A stretch of DNA of 64,000 nt, taken from contig NC_085841.1 in the NCBI RefSeq assembly GCF_035594765.1, positions 291,285,402 to 291,349,401 on the forward strand, in the 5' to 3' direction. A program made the position numbers and the translations under genes. Positions 24,101 through 36,100 of the stretch are shown piece by piece (position 1 is the stretch's first letter; every line of letters starts with the position of its first letter). Under the pieces are notes generated by a model that saw only the letters and a list, made by a program, of their open reading frames with translations, was not told where the DNA came from and did not search any database. The stretch comes from Anolis carolinensis (taxonomy: Eukaryota).

Positions 24101-27100
24101 CAAGTAGTTAATACATGGGTCAAGAATCAGTATTGTGATCAAGTATGACTCTCAAATCGTATTCACTATCAGACTTACCCATATTTACTCTAATTCAGTC
24201 TAATGTGCTTGATGGGTAAGTCTGATAGTGAATACGATTTGAGAGGCACCCCAATCTAATGCGCATATTTTCCATATTACATGAATCTAATGCGCATCCT
24301 AATTTTGGGAAGGTCATTTAGTCAAAAACAGTGAGCATTAGAATCGAGTAAATATGGTAATTTAAGGTGGATAACACTATGTAACACAATTTTTTTGGTC
24401 CTAGGTTATAAATGTCATTTCCTAATTGGTTCTATCATAAAAACATTGAGAAGGTTTATTAAGCTGCAAAAACTTTGTTTTTATGGGACATCCAGGTGCA
24501 CATTTTGCTATAGATTTTCAATGAATATCTCATAGTGTCTCAACCAATTCAACAAAGCTTGTGGTAGCCACAAAAATTTTCTGGACCATAACAACTACTT
24601 TCAAAGTAAGTACTGCACATTTTGTTACATAGTGTAATCAGTGCTTGAAATTACAAACTTCTTCCAGGAGCATTTTAAATTTTATAGACTATATTGCTGG
24701 CCACTTTCACGGAGAATGCTAACAATTCATATTCTGTGTCATCCTTTACACTTAGCACTTACATATTATTCACAGTTTATCTTGAAGAAGGATAAAAAAT
24801 TGGATTTTGGGTCTTTTAGACTATGACAGGTTTGTTCTGAAGTATTTAAGGAAAATACATTATTTATTCTTTAACACTCAATTATATACCTCCTATAACA
24901 TTATAAACATTCTAATTCGTATACGTTTATTATCATTTTGCTTAGTCTCAATCAGAAAATGACAAATCAAGTACTACGAAATAAAAGACATACCTGAAAA
25001 TCTGATCTCGAATGATGGGATAGCCACCTGTTATTACATTGTTTACATAGGAGGTGAACCATTCCAAATAGGAGCTACCTAAATTATGGAGAAAAAGATT
25101 TTACAAGAAAGCTAAACAAACAAACAAACAATCGGTCATTTAGTCTATTGGAAGGTCTATATCAGTGGTTCCCAAACTTATTTGGCCTGCCGCCCCCTTT
25201 CCAGAAAAAATATGACTCAGCGCCCCCTGGAAAGGTGGGCGTGGCTTAGAGGGGTGGGTGTGGCTCCTGCTCAAGAGGGCGGGGCTGAGCCTCTCCCCTA
25301 GTCCAAGATGCAGGGTGGGGAGGGGGCGGGGCCACAAATGAGTGGCCAGGACTGGGATGGGCCGAGTTACGAGCACTGAGGCAGGGCTGAGCTTCTATCC
25401 CTGTCCTGCAGCGCCTGCCAGGACACAGGGGGCAGGGTTAGAGGAGGGGACGGGGGCTTCTTCCCAAGTGCCTGATGGGGCTGAACCTCTATACCCCGCC
25501 CCCGTGTTCTAACAAGTGCCTCAGGGGAGGTATACAGAGGCTCAGCCCTGTCTCGCGTTCTTGGGAAGAGACCCCGCCCCAGCCCCGCCCTTTAGTCCAA
25601 AAAGGCCTCTCAGGAGAGGTATAGAGGCTCAGCCCTGTCTCGGGCTCTTGGAAGGAGGCCCAGCCCCCTTCCCTAGCTCCGCCCTCTGTCTCGGGCTCTT
25701 GGGAAGAAGCCACGCCCACTCCTCTAGCTCCGCCCCATGTTCTAACAGGCGCCTCTGGTGCTCAGCCCTCTCTCTGGCACTTGCAAAGAGGCCCCGCCCC
25801 TGTGTCCTAATAGGTGCCATCACCGCCCTCCTTGATCACTCCAGCGCCCATCAGGGGGCAGTAGCGCCCACTTTGGGAATCACTGGTCTATATCAATACC
25901 TTTTAAAAAAAAATCAAATCTGCCTTGGGGAAGTAGCAAACAAACATCATTTCCATAACAAATGGTATGCCTAAGAACAGAGAGGAAATGGGGCTATCAG
26001 ACATGGCAAGGGTTTCTGTGAACACTTGGGAAGAATATTAGCTCATAAATTAAGGAAAAAAGAAAAATAGTCTAGTAAGGACTGAAAAATATTTCAATTT
26101 TCCCAAATATTTCAATTTCCCCAAAATAAATTGTAGCAGTTCTAAACAAGATTACAATTAAACATGTCTTCCCTGTGCTATTTCCCATTCCAGTTCTAAA
26201 ATACATTTTTACCTGTAATAAACATATCAATTGCAGATGGACTTCGTGCCATTTGATCCTTTAAACAAAAAGAAAAAATAAATTATTTATACCCCAAGAC
26301 ATGTGATTTCTACTATCAAATATTGAACTTTCTATGAAGAATCTACAGATGGATTTTAGACCTGGCTTCTCCAACAATAGCAATAAAAGAGCTGAATTGC
26401 TAGGACCACTTGTGTATCTCAGTTTATATTCCAAACCTAGGTTTGTGAACACTTCATAAGCAAACCGAAGTTTAAAAATGTAACTAAATTTGGTTGACAT
26501 TCTAGTTTCATGAAAACATATTATGAGGGCATCAGGAAGAGCCAATCATTTTTAAAACAACTGTTCATTTTCATTCTAGAGGAAGACAGATGGAGAGAGA
26601 TTTCTATCAAAAATAAACTGTGAGGTTTCATCTCCTTAGAAAGTGACTTTGCATGTTACGATTTAGTATGTACTAAAATGCATAACAACATTCATACATT
26701 TAGTTAAGAATTCATCATGGATTCTTTAATATTACAGTAACTTGCAACCATCTTCAGAATATTAAATATTAGATCCAAAGTTATATTGCAACAATAAAAC
26801 TAATTCTTTGGTATTGCAAAGATGAAAGAAGTTGTACTACAGTATGTCTGGGAAATGAAAGCTTGGTTTCCAGGCCAACAGGAATGATTTTGTAAATGGA
26901 AAGACACGTGCCCCTGTCCTACCAACCCCATACTTTTAAGAGGTCTAAAACCAGGTAGCTAAGGTGACCTGCCTGTTTATTTGAACATTTAACTATATGG
27001 TTTTAAAAGAATAAATTACTAAAAAGATACCTTATCTAAAAGTGTGACTGATAAAAATGGCATAATGTACAACAAATTCTTATATATGACTTACAAGCAA

Positions 27101-30100
27101 AAATTACATCTTAAGAAGTTTGCGAGAAACCTAAAATTCAATAGCCAAGGTTGCATCATATATATCCCCATCACCACGATATTATTGCATTGTTATTAGA
27201 GTTTTCAAATAGCATTATTAAACAAAGTTGTACTATTATTTCATCGCATAAGCTACGGAACAGATTACCCTTATGCAGATCAGTAAAGAGGTTTATACAG
27301 ACTACAGACTGTGTTGAAGATAAGGTTAGCAATATAACATTAAATACCTTCAAGAATGGGAATTCTTGAAAAATCAAGGAAAACCCAAAATTATGTCATT
27401 ATATGTCAAAGACCTGGAGGTGAGATCTGGGAAGCTTAATCAGTAAGCACAATCTTGCTTCCCTGTAAAATGGTGTGTGGTGTTCTTTCTGCCATCAAAT
27501 TAAGCTTCTGTCACAGCAATTACAGCCATTTGTAACATTTCAAGCTTTGTATTTCCTTTCTTCAGTTAGAAAATCTGAACATTCCTGTGACCTTTAGCCA
27601 TTGATGGGAAAGGGGCTCACAGATGAAAAATAACTTGACTTGAAATAGTCTACATATAGAGTCACGTTGTGCCTACCATATACTGCATCAATTTCATCTT
27701 ACTGAAGCAGGTGAGCATCATTAGTGTTGTCTAAAGGATCTATTTAGAAGTCTTTCTTACTGGACACTGGTAGAAGATCTCATAACTATTGCGACCCTCC
27801 ACGCTCTCCAAAGCCATGTACTGACTCAATCCGGTGTGAATGCAAAAGGTTAAAGGGAGGCACTGTTTCAGCCCTAGCCGCTGCTGAAAGCCACCAGCTG
27901 CCGTGTCAATGTCCAACAAATCCTCAGAGCGATAGTGATTGGAAAGTGCCATGCTTCCCATCAACCTATGTACCAACAAAAAGAAAAGAAAAAGCATTAT
28001 AATGAAAAAAAAAACTTGTAAGAAAAGTACCGTATTTACTCGAGTCTAATGTGCACCTTTTTTGGCTAAATTAGACTGCCAAAATTAGGATACACATTAG
28101 CTTTGCATATTATGGTAATAATAATAATTATAATAATAATTTTATTCTTATATCCCGCCCCATCTCCCCGGAGGGACTCGGGGCGGCTTACATGGGGCCA
28201 TGCCCAGACACGACAGCACAAATCAGATAAAACATTAAACCGAGCAGTAAAACTTCAACATGATTAAAAACAGTCATAAAAGTCAATATACACAATAATA
28301 TTAAAATCCCGATTTGGGTCAAAAGATCCAGGCCAAGGTGCAAAGCAATATCAAGTTATCAGGGAGGGATAATTATACAGCAGGTGTAATACTTAAAGTG
28401 CTGAATGAATCCTAAAAACAATCCAGAGGGTCTACTGCTTAATAGGTAAATAACATGATCCCACAAGGATCAGTCAACGAAGGCCTTCTGGAATAGCCAA
28501 GTTTTCAGGCTCTTCCTGAAAGAAAGTAGGGTAGGGGCCTGCCTAATCTCCCTAGGGAGCAAGTTCCACAGCCGGGGGGCCACGGCGGAGAAGGCCCTCT
28601 CCCTCGTCCCCACCAACCGCAACTGTGAAGTTGGTGGAATCGAGAGGAGGGCCTCCCCTGACGAGCGAAGAGGTCGTGCGGGTTCATAGGGGGAAATGCG
28701 GTCTCAAAGGTAGGTGGGTCCCAAACCATTAAGGGCTTTGTAGGTGATAACCTGCACCTTGAATTGGGCTCGGAAAATAAATGGCAGCCAGTGGAGCTCT
28801 TTAAACAGCGGCGTTGTTAGTGCTGGACCAAAGCAAAAGGGGAAGCTGCTTCAGGAGCACCATGAAGCTTGGAAACATGCAGCAGCCGTGAGAAAAACAT
28901 AAGCAAAAGACACAGAGGAGGAGGCTACTTGCTTCAAAGACATTTTCTGCCTCCTTACCCCAAGGTTAGACAAGGCTACTGAAGGCTAAGTCATGGTGCA
29001 GGCGAAGCCAAAGGGAGGACTTGGGAGGCGGGGAAGAAGCCCAGCCCTAAAAAGGAGGGAAGGAAAGGGAGGGAGGAGCAGCAGAAGCTTTGGCCGAGCC
29101 GGGCCTCACAAAGAAATTTTTCCAATTCCTTCACTTGAAATATAACCTGTACCAACTGGTATAGCTTATATTTCAAGTATTAACTAGCACTGACACTTAC
29201 GTTTCCAAGATCACATAAGATTTACCTCGCCATACTTTAAAGCCTCCTGCATAATTCTGGGGTTTGTAGTTTAGTGAGGCCGGGAACTTTTCTGGCTGAT
29301 AATGGGAGAGACCTCTCTCTAAATGACAAACCACAGAATTCTGCAAGAGGGAGCCACAGGATTGAAAGTGGGCGCACACTTTAAATTCTACTTTTTAAAG
29401 TGTAGTGTAATGCTGCTGGTGCCTTTGGCGTATTTATTCCCCATCATAGAGCTCACTTCCAGTAAGTCAGAGCTTTTCATGAGATTTGCTTGTGATTCCC
29501 TTTTGCATCCATGGTGGTACAGCTCTTTAGATTTGGGGGTTAAAGTCTAGGACCCCAGCCTAGACTTCCTATGGTGTATCTGCACTGTAGAATTAATGCA
29601 GTTTGACATTACTTTTAATTGCCATGGCTCAGTACTATGTAATCTAAACAGTTGTAGTTTGCTGGGGCACCCACATTCTTTGGCAGAGAAGGCTAAAGAC
29701 CTTGTAAAAGTACAACTCCCAGGATTTGGGGGGTTTCAGGGTTTGGAAAATTGAGGTGCCCATTAGATTTGATGGCGCATTAGAATTGAGTAACAGTAGT
29801 GCTGACAGTTTTAAAGATACAGTTCAAATATATACCTCCTTATATAGATAGGAAGGCAGCCAACTGTTAAACACAAATTACAGTTAATGTTAATTTCTTA
29901 CCCTGGAACAACTAGCTTTTGTCCATTATGGATCCGAAATGAACATCGATAGTCATCAGGAAGTTTGCAACGAATTTGTGCTTCAACTGCATCCAACTCT
30001 TCCTCCTGTACGCTCTCTGTGAATATTTAGAAACTTCATATTTTAGTGGACATCATCAGAGAACATAAACAATGTATGCTATGCAAAGCAACTGAAGACC

Positions 30101-33100
30101 CAACCCTAAATTCAGAATGAGAAAAGAAAAGGCAGGTTCCATTGAGTCTAGGCCCTGATGAAAGGCCCTACCCTCCATTCTAGCAGCTACTGCCCTGCCA
30201 TTGGAGAGAAAGAAGAGACAGTACAGTGGGCACATGGTATCCACTAGTGTTTGGTCCCAGGACCCCTATGAATACCAAAAATTGTTGATGCCCAACTCAC
30301 TACTAGAATCAATCATACTATTGCCTATCCTGTCCTGAAGTTCACATTTATACACACGTTATTTCTCAAAATAAGCCCTTAAGGTTCAAATGTTTGTCTG
30401 CTTTTCCTTTCTCTACTTCTAGACCACAATGCTAAATAAAACGTTCAGATTAATACAACTTCTATTATTTCACATGACAGTATGAAATTAAAAGGGAAGA
30501 ATTGTTGTCTGTTCAAACCAGAAGGAACAAAGAGAACATCAAATAAATTTTTAGATTGGGGTTTGCTTGTTTGTTTTTTACAATATTTAACAGCCTAGGA
30601 TGGTCACTAAAACATTTCCACTTGGGTTTACAAATAAAATGGAGAAAAAATCATTAAGAAAGAATGATGTTCTGATGTCTGAAAAATGGCACACATACCT
30701 TTCAAAGAAGTAATCATCCGGGGACAGCGTTGCAACAAGTATGTTTCCAAATCATCCCAAGCCTTTTTAAGTGTAGCATAATACTGAATATATCTGCCTA
30801 AATCAGCATAAAAATCTATAAAGATTGCTTTCCAGCTCTTATTTCTCCTGGATTTCTCAGTTCTAAAAAAACAAACACAGCAGCATGTGTGTCATTTGCA
30901 AATATACCAATCAGCAGTGAAAAATGTAGAAACGCTGTTAATGTTGTTTATACAACTTTTGGACTCACAGGTTTGCGACATGCTTAAAATAACAAATAAA
31001 TCCATGTTAAAGGAAGAAGAACAAGGACAGTGCTACATTTCTAAGACATTTTTTTTCTAGCATAGTGTTAGTGCAGCCTTATTAATAGATGTAAATATGA
31101 CTAGCTAAACATTTATCATTTTATGACTATATCAAAAATGTATGAAACTGAGGTGAAAGCATAAATTAAATTATAACCCAATTCTGTTTAGTATGTATGC
31201 AATGTTAGATCCATATTAAGAAAACAACAATACTTTGTCATTTTTCATAGAAATAACCTCATTGCTTAGATAAACCAAGCTTACAGAAAAGTCAATGCTA
31301 GCCAAAAACTGAGCAGAAAAATGGTCTTGGAAAGCAAATGGCACCATGTTGAAATGAAAACATGTGCACTAGTTAAGCGAATGGCTAAATTACTGTTATT
31401 TCTGGTTTTAATACAATAAATGATATATTTCTGCAAAATCTGTACTTTAAGTGGTGCAAATTAATCAGGAAATACATTGCTAAGAAAAGGTGAGTAAAGT
31501 GATAGTTAATTTCTTCAATTTTAATATGCACTTTTTCCCTATATAAACATTTCTTTAAAAAATGAGATGTATTTTAGAATCACAGATGTTTCTTAATGTA
31601 TTTTTAGTGGTGTAGAACTGAAATTAAGATGCATCTAATAATCAATGGTGTTTTACAATTGAAGAAACATGGTAGTGAATTTATGTCACAACTATAGGAG
31701 GTGTAAAAGGTCACCTTGTGCTGCCATCTAGTGTTAGCTATTGACCAAAAAACTACAAGGCATCTTTAAGTCAGACAGACCATAGAGGCTGCCCTCAAAC
31801 AGATAACACTACATAACACAATTATTGCTCCTGGATTATAAATGTCATTTCCTAATTGGTTCTGTCATAAAAACATGGAAAAAGATTGCTACACTACAAA
31901 AACTTTCTTTTTGCTGGAGATTCTGCAGCATGTTTTGCTAAAGTTTTTCAATGAATATCTCATAGAGTCTCAACCAATTCTACATACTGTAGTTTGTTTC
32001 TGGAGTATAACTATTTATTTATTTACAGCATTTATATTCCGCCCTTCTCACCCCAAAGGGGACTCAGGGCGGATCACATTACACATATAGGCAAACATTC
32101 AATGCCTTTTAACATAGAACAAATTCAAGACAAACATAGGCTCCGAGCGGGCCTCGAACTCATGACCTCCTGGTCAGAGTGATTCATTGCAGCTGGTTAC
32201 AGCTGGCTTGCTCTCCCGCCTGCGCCACAGCCCAGGCCCAAAGTAATGCACAATTAAACAGGAATAACACTTTCGAACCAGGAACATTTTTTTTTCAAAT
32301 TTTGCTACATACTCCAATCATTCTCCATAAAAAAGGCATGTGACCATAAATTGGATGTCCTTTTGAATCTCAAAACATCAATGTATCAGCCATACTTACT
32401 CAGTCAAAAGCCAATATTTCTTGCAATGCCTCCTCCACAATGGGTCATGACTTGAAAGCTGATTTAATCTACGATTTACGTAACAGCAGCTGTAAATACA
32501 AATTACACATGAACAATGAAGCTGAAGAAATCAAACTGGAAAATTTGAAATTTACACTAATATGAATATACGTAATATGAAAGTCTCTAAATGAATGCAT
32601 GCTCTAGCTCAGTAATACCACATCAGGCATCATATAGGCCCGTGCTTTCCAACGTGGGTGATAATGCTCCCTGGGGATCACTAGAACGATTTCAGAACGC
32701 GCCCTAGATGCCAGCCCTCTCCCCTCAGGTCGGGACCAAGAGCAGGAGCCAAACCCTAATACCCACTGCTGCCTCCTCTTTGTCCAAGGTGCTGCTGGGA
32801 AGATAGAAGACACCTGTAAGGCTGTCCCTCTTCGGCCTAGCAGCTCGGGCTTCCTTTGGCAGCACGTGGAGTCCATGTGTGCCTGCTTGGTAGTGGTGGG
32901 AAGTGAGCGCACTAAGCCCCAAGGAGGGAGAAAGCTTAGTGGCTATGGAGCGTGCAGAGGAAGCCTTGTGTTCTGGGATGGGATGCCAAAGGTTCTGTGG
33001 AAAGGTTCCCAAAGAGCAAGGTGCCTTTGGCCCCCGTCGTGGGCATGTGGCCCAAAGAAGTCCAGCCTATTTTATCCCTGGCCCCTTTTTACTGCCACGT

Positions 33101-36100
33101 TGTGTTAGCATCTACCTTCTATTGCAGGCATCTTCAAACTACGGCCTCGGGCTGTTTGGGCCTTCAGCTCCCAGAATTCCTGACCACTGAACAAACTAAC
33201 TAGGGCTTCTGGGAGCTGGAGGCCCAAACAGCTGGAGATCCTCAGTTTGAGGATGTCTGTTTTATTGCATAAGCACTAGACTGTTACTGTCACTTCAGAA
33301 GCCTTAATGTCCATGAGTTTCAGCTAACTACTACAGAAGAGTCTCACTCATCCAACACTCGCTTATCCAACGTTCTGGATTATCCAATGCATTCTTGTAG
33401 TCAATGTTTTCAATACATCGTGATATTTTGGTGCTAAATTCATAAATACAGTAATTACTACATAGCATTAATGCATATTGAACTACTTTTTCTGTCAAAT
33501 TTGTTGTATAACATGATGTTTTGGTGCTTAATTTGTAAAATCATAACCTAAGTTGATATTTAATAGGCTTCTCCTTAATCTCTCCTTATTATCCAACATA
33601 TTCGCTTATCCAACGTTCTGCTGGCCCGTTTATGTTGGATAAGTGAGACTCTACTGTATACACAATTTTAATTGGGATTTGTGTTGTTCTTGATTATTTT
33701 ATTTTATTTATTTATAGTCAAAATAATCCTGAGTGTTTAAAAAAACTGATATTTACATTTAGTCTGTAAATAGAGAAGGAAGGAATGGACAGCTTGAGAT
33801 AAATCCTATTAAACTGTGGAAGTTCCTGGCATCACAGAATGGAAGGCAAACATTGATTTACTACTCCAGGCTGGGGAGTGGGGACGGGGACATAAAACTT
33901 TGGAGGAGCTATAGCATCCTGACTTCATGTGAGCACTACTTCAGTCTAATAATGAGTCTGAAAAGTACTGTACACTCACAAGATACACAAAGTCTGACAG
34001 AAAAACAACACTGATTGACTGCCTGACTTTCAAAGCACACGAACTATGTTTAAGCAGCTTTAATTGTGATATACTACAGGGATAGATCTAATAACAGGTC
34101 AATTTCAGAAGCACATGCCAATTCCAGTAGTTTATGCCAAGGAAACTAGGAAGATATGATATAAAGATGTGCAGCTGCTGCAATGTTAAGATTCAATATC
34201 CCCTGAGGAGAGACATTACTTTGAGAAGTAACCTTGTGCACCATGGGAAGACTATCTCACTGACAATGTTATGACAACACTAGCTGAGCTGTACTTCCAG
34301 AACAGAATGAGGTGTGTTGGGAGACTTTTTTTTAACTAGGTAACCTAAAATTAGCAGAAGATCTGCTAATCACAGACCTTACGAAGGTAGGTACCATTTG
34401 GTAGAATAAGCCCCATCCCATTACTTATGTTCTGCAGTACAGCTATGAATTAGAACCAGCAATGGAGCACCGCATGTGTGAAAATCTTGCATTGAAAGGA
34501 CCACTGAAGTATCCAAGTGACATGCTCTGATTGCCTATCATGTCTGACATAAAGTATGGTCCTTTGTTGAGACATTTCCCTCAGGACAAAAGGGTTATGT
34601 CGATTACTCTTTTTTGGTAGAAAAGGAGATCTGTCAGCTGCTTAAAACAAATGGTGTACTTTACATGAAAATGTTGGGATTCTGTGCACCTCACAACCTC
34701 TGAGGATGCCTTCCACAAATGTGAGCGAAACGTCAGGAGAGAAAGCTTCGGGAACATAGCCATACAGCCCAAAAGACTCACAGCAACCCAGTGATTCTGG
34801 CCACGAAAGCCTTCGACAATACATGAAAATGTTGTTTCACCAAAAAAAAAATAGCTCTGAGTCATGATGTACTCATGGAATACCCCTTATTTAACACCTA
34901 CAAACAGGCCTATACATATGAGGCATATCTCCTGAAATACACTGTAATTCTCATACAGGCACACAATATCACAGAAGTCACTCAAAGTTTTTTTCTAATT
35001 CATCTGGATGAGATTCATCATAGCATATGGCTACCATTTCTCATTACAGACTTCTTTGGATTAATTTCTACAAAAAAGTCTGCCACGTATCTGAAATTTT
35101 TCTTTAAAATATTTATTTTGTTTTCTAACTGCCTATCTGTTTTATCTGCATTATCAAATTCACAAACGACAACTTGTGTCCTTTTTAGAAAATATTACAA
35201 AGCTACGTCATAGTGATTCACACCTGACATGATTCCCATGGTTGACTAAATAGTAGCTTCATGTTCTAATTTGCCCATCCTTTTCCTTAGGCCTCATGGA
35301 GATTTAAAAAAATGAATATAGTACTTGGTTTGTTTGCAACCACTGACAACATTCCCTCCTGCTGTTAGGAATTGTGAGAGTTAAAGTGCAAAACAACTAG
35401 TGGGCTGAAGTTTGCCCATGCCTGATCTAGACTGTAGCATTAATGCAGGTTGACAGTACTTTAACTGATGTATGAAATCCTGGGATTTGGGATTTGCACA
35501 GCACTCTTTGGAAGAGAAGGCAAAAGGCACTGTACAATTACAGCTCCCAAGATTGCACAGGATTGAGCCATGGAGGAACGCATCCTCAAACACCAAAATA
35601 CTCGCTTCTCTGGCAGGAGGCTTTCTCAGTAAATAAAGATATACACTCAAAAAAAGGGAGGAATTCCAGACAAGAAACAATCAGGGCCAGCTAACACCTC
35701 CCAGTTCAAAGAAGATATTGTGAGATTTTCTGCCTTGATATTTTGGGTTATATGGCTGTGTGGAAGGGCACTCAGGCAGACAAGAGTTCTTTCTCCCACC
35801 CTAGACCCTCTACAGGCATATAAACCCCACTTGCCTAGTTTCCAACAGACTTCACAATCTTGGAGGATCCCTGCCATAGACGTGGGCGAAACGTCAGGAG
35901 AGAATGCTTCTGGAACATGGCCACACTGCCCGGAAAACTCACAACAACCCAGTTTCCCAGGGCCCTTCCACATAGCCATATAACCCAGAATATCATGGCA
36001 GAAAAGCCCACAATATCTGCTTTGAACTAGGATATATGGCTGTGTGGACTCACACAAACAGTTCAAAACAAATTTTGTGAGATTTCCTGTTTTGGTATTC

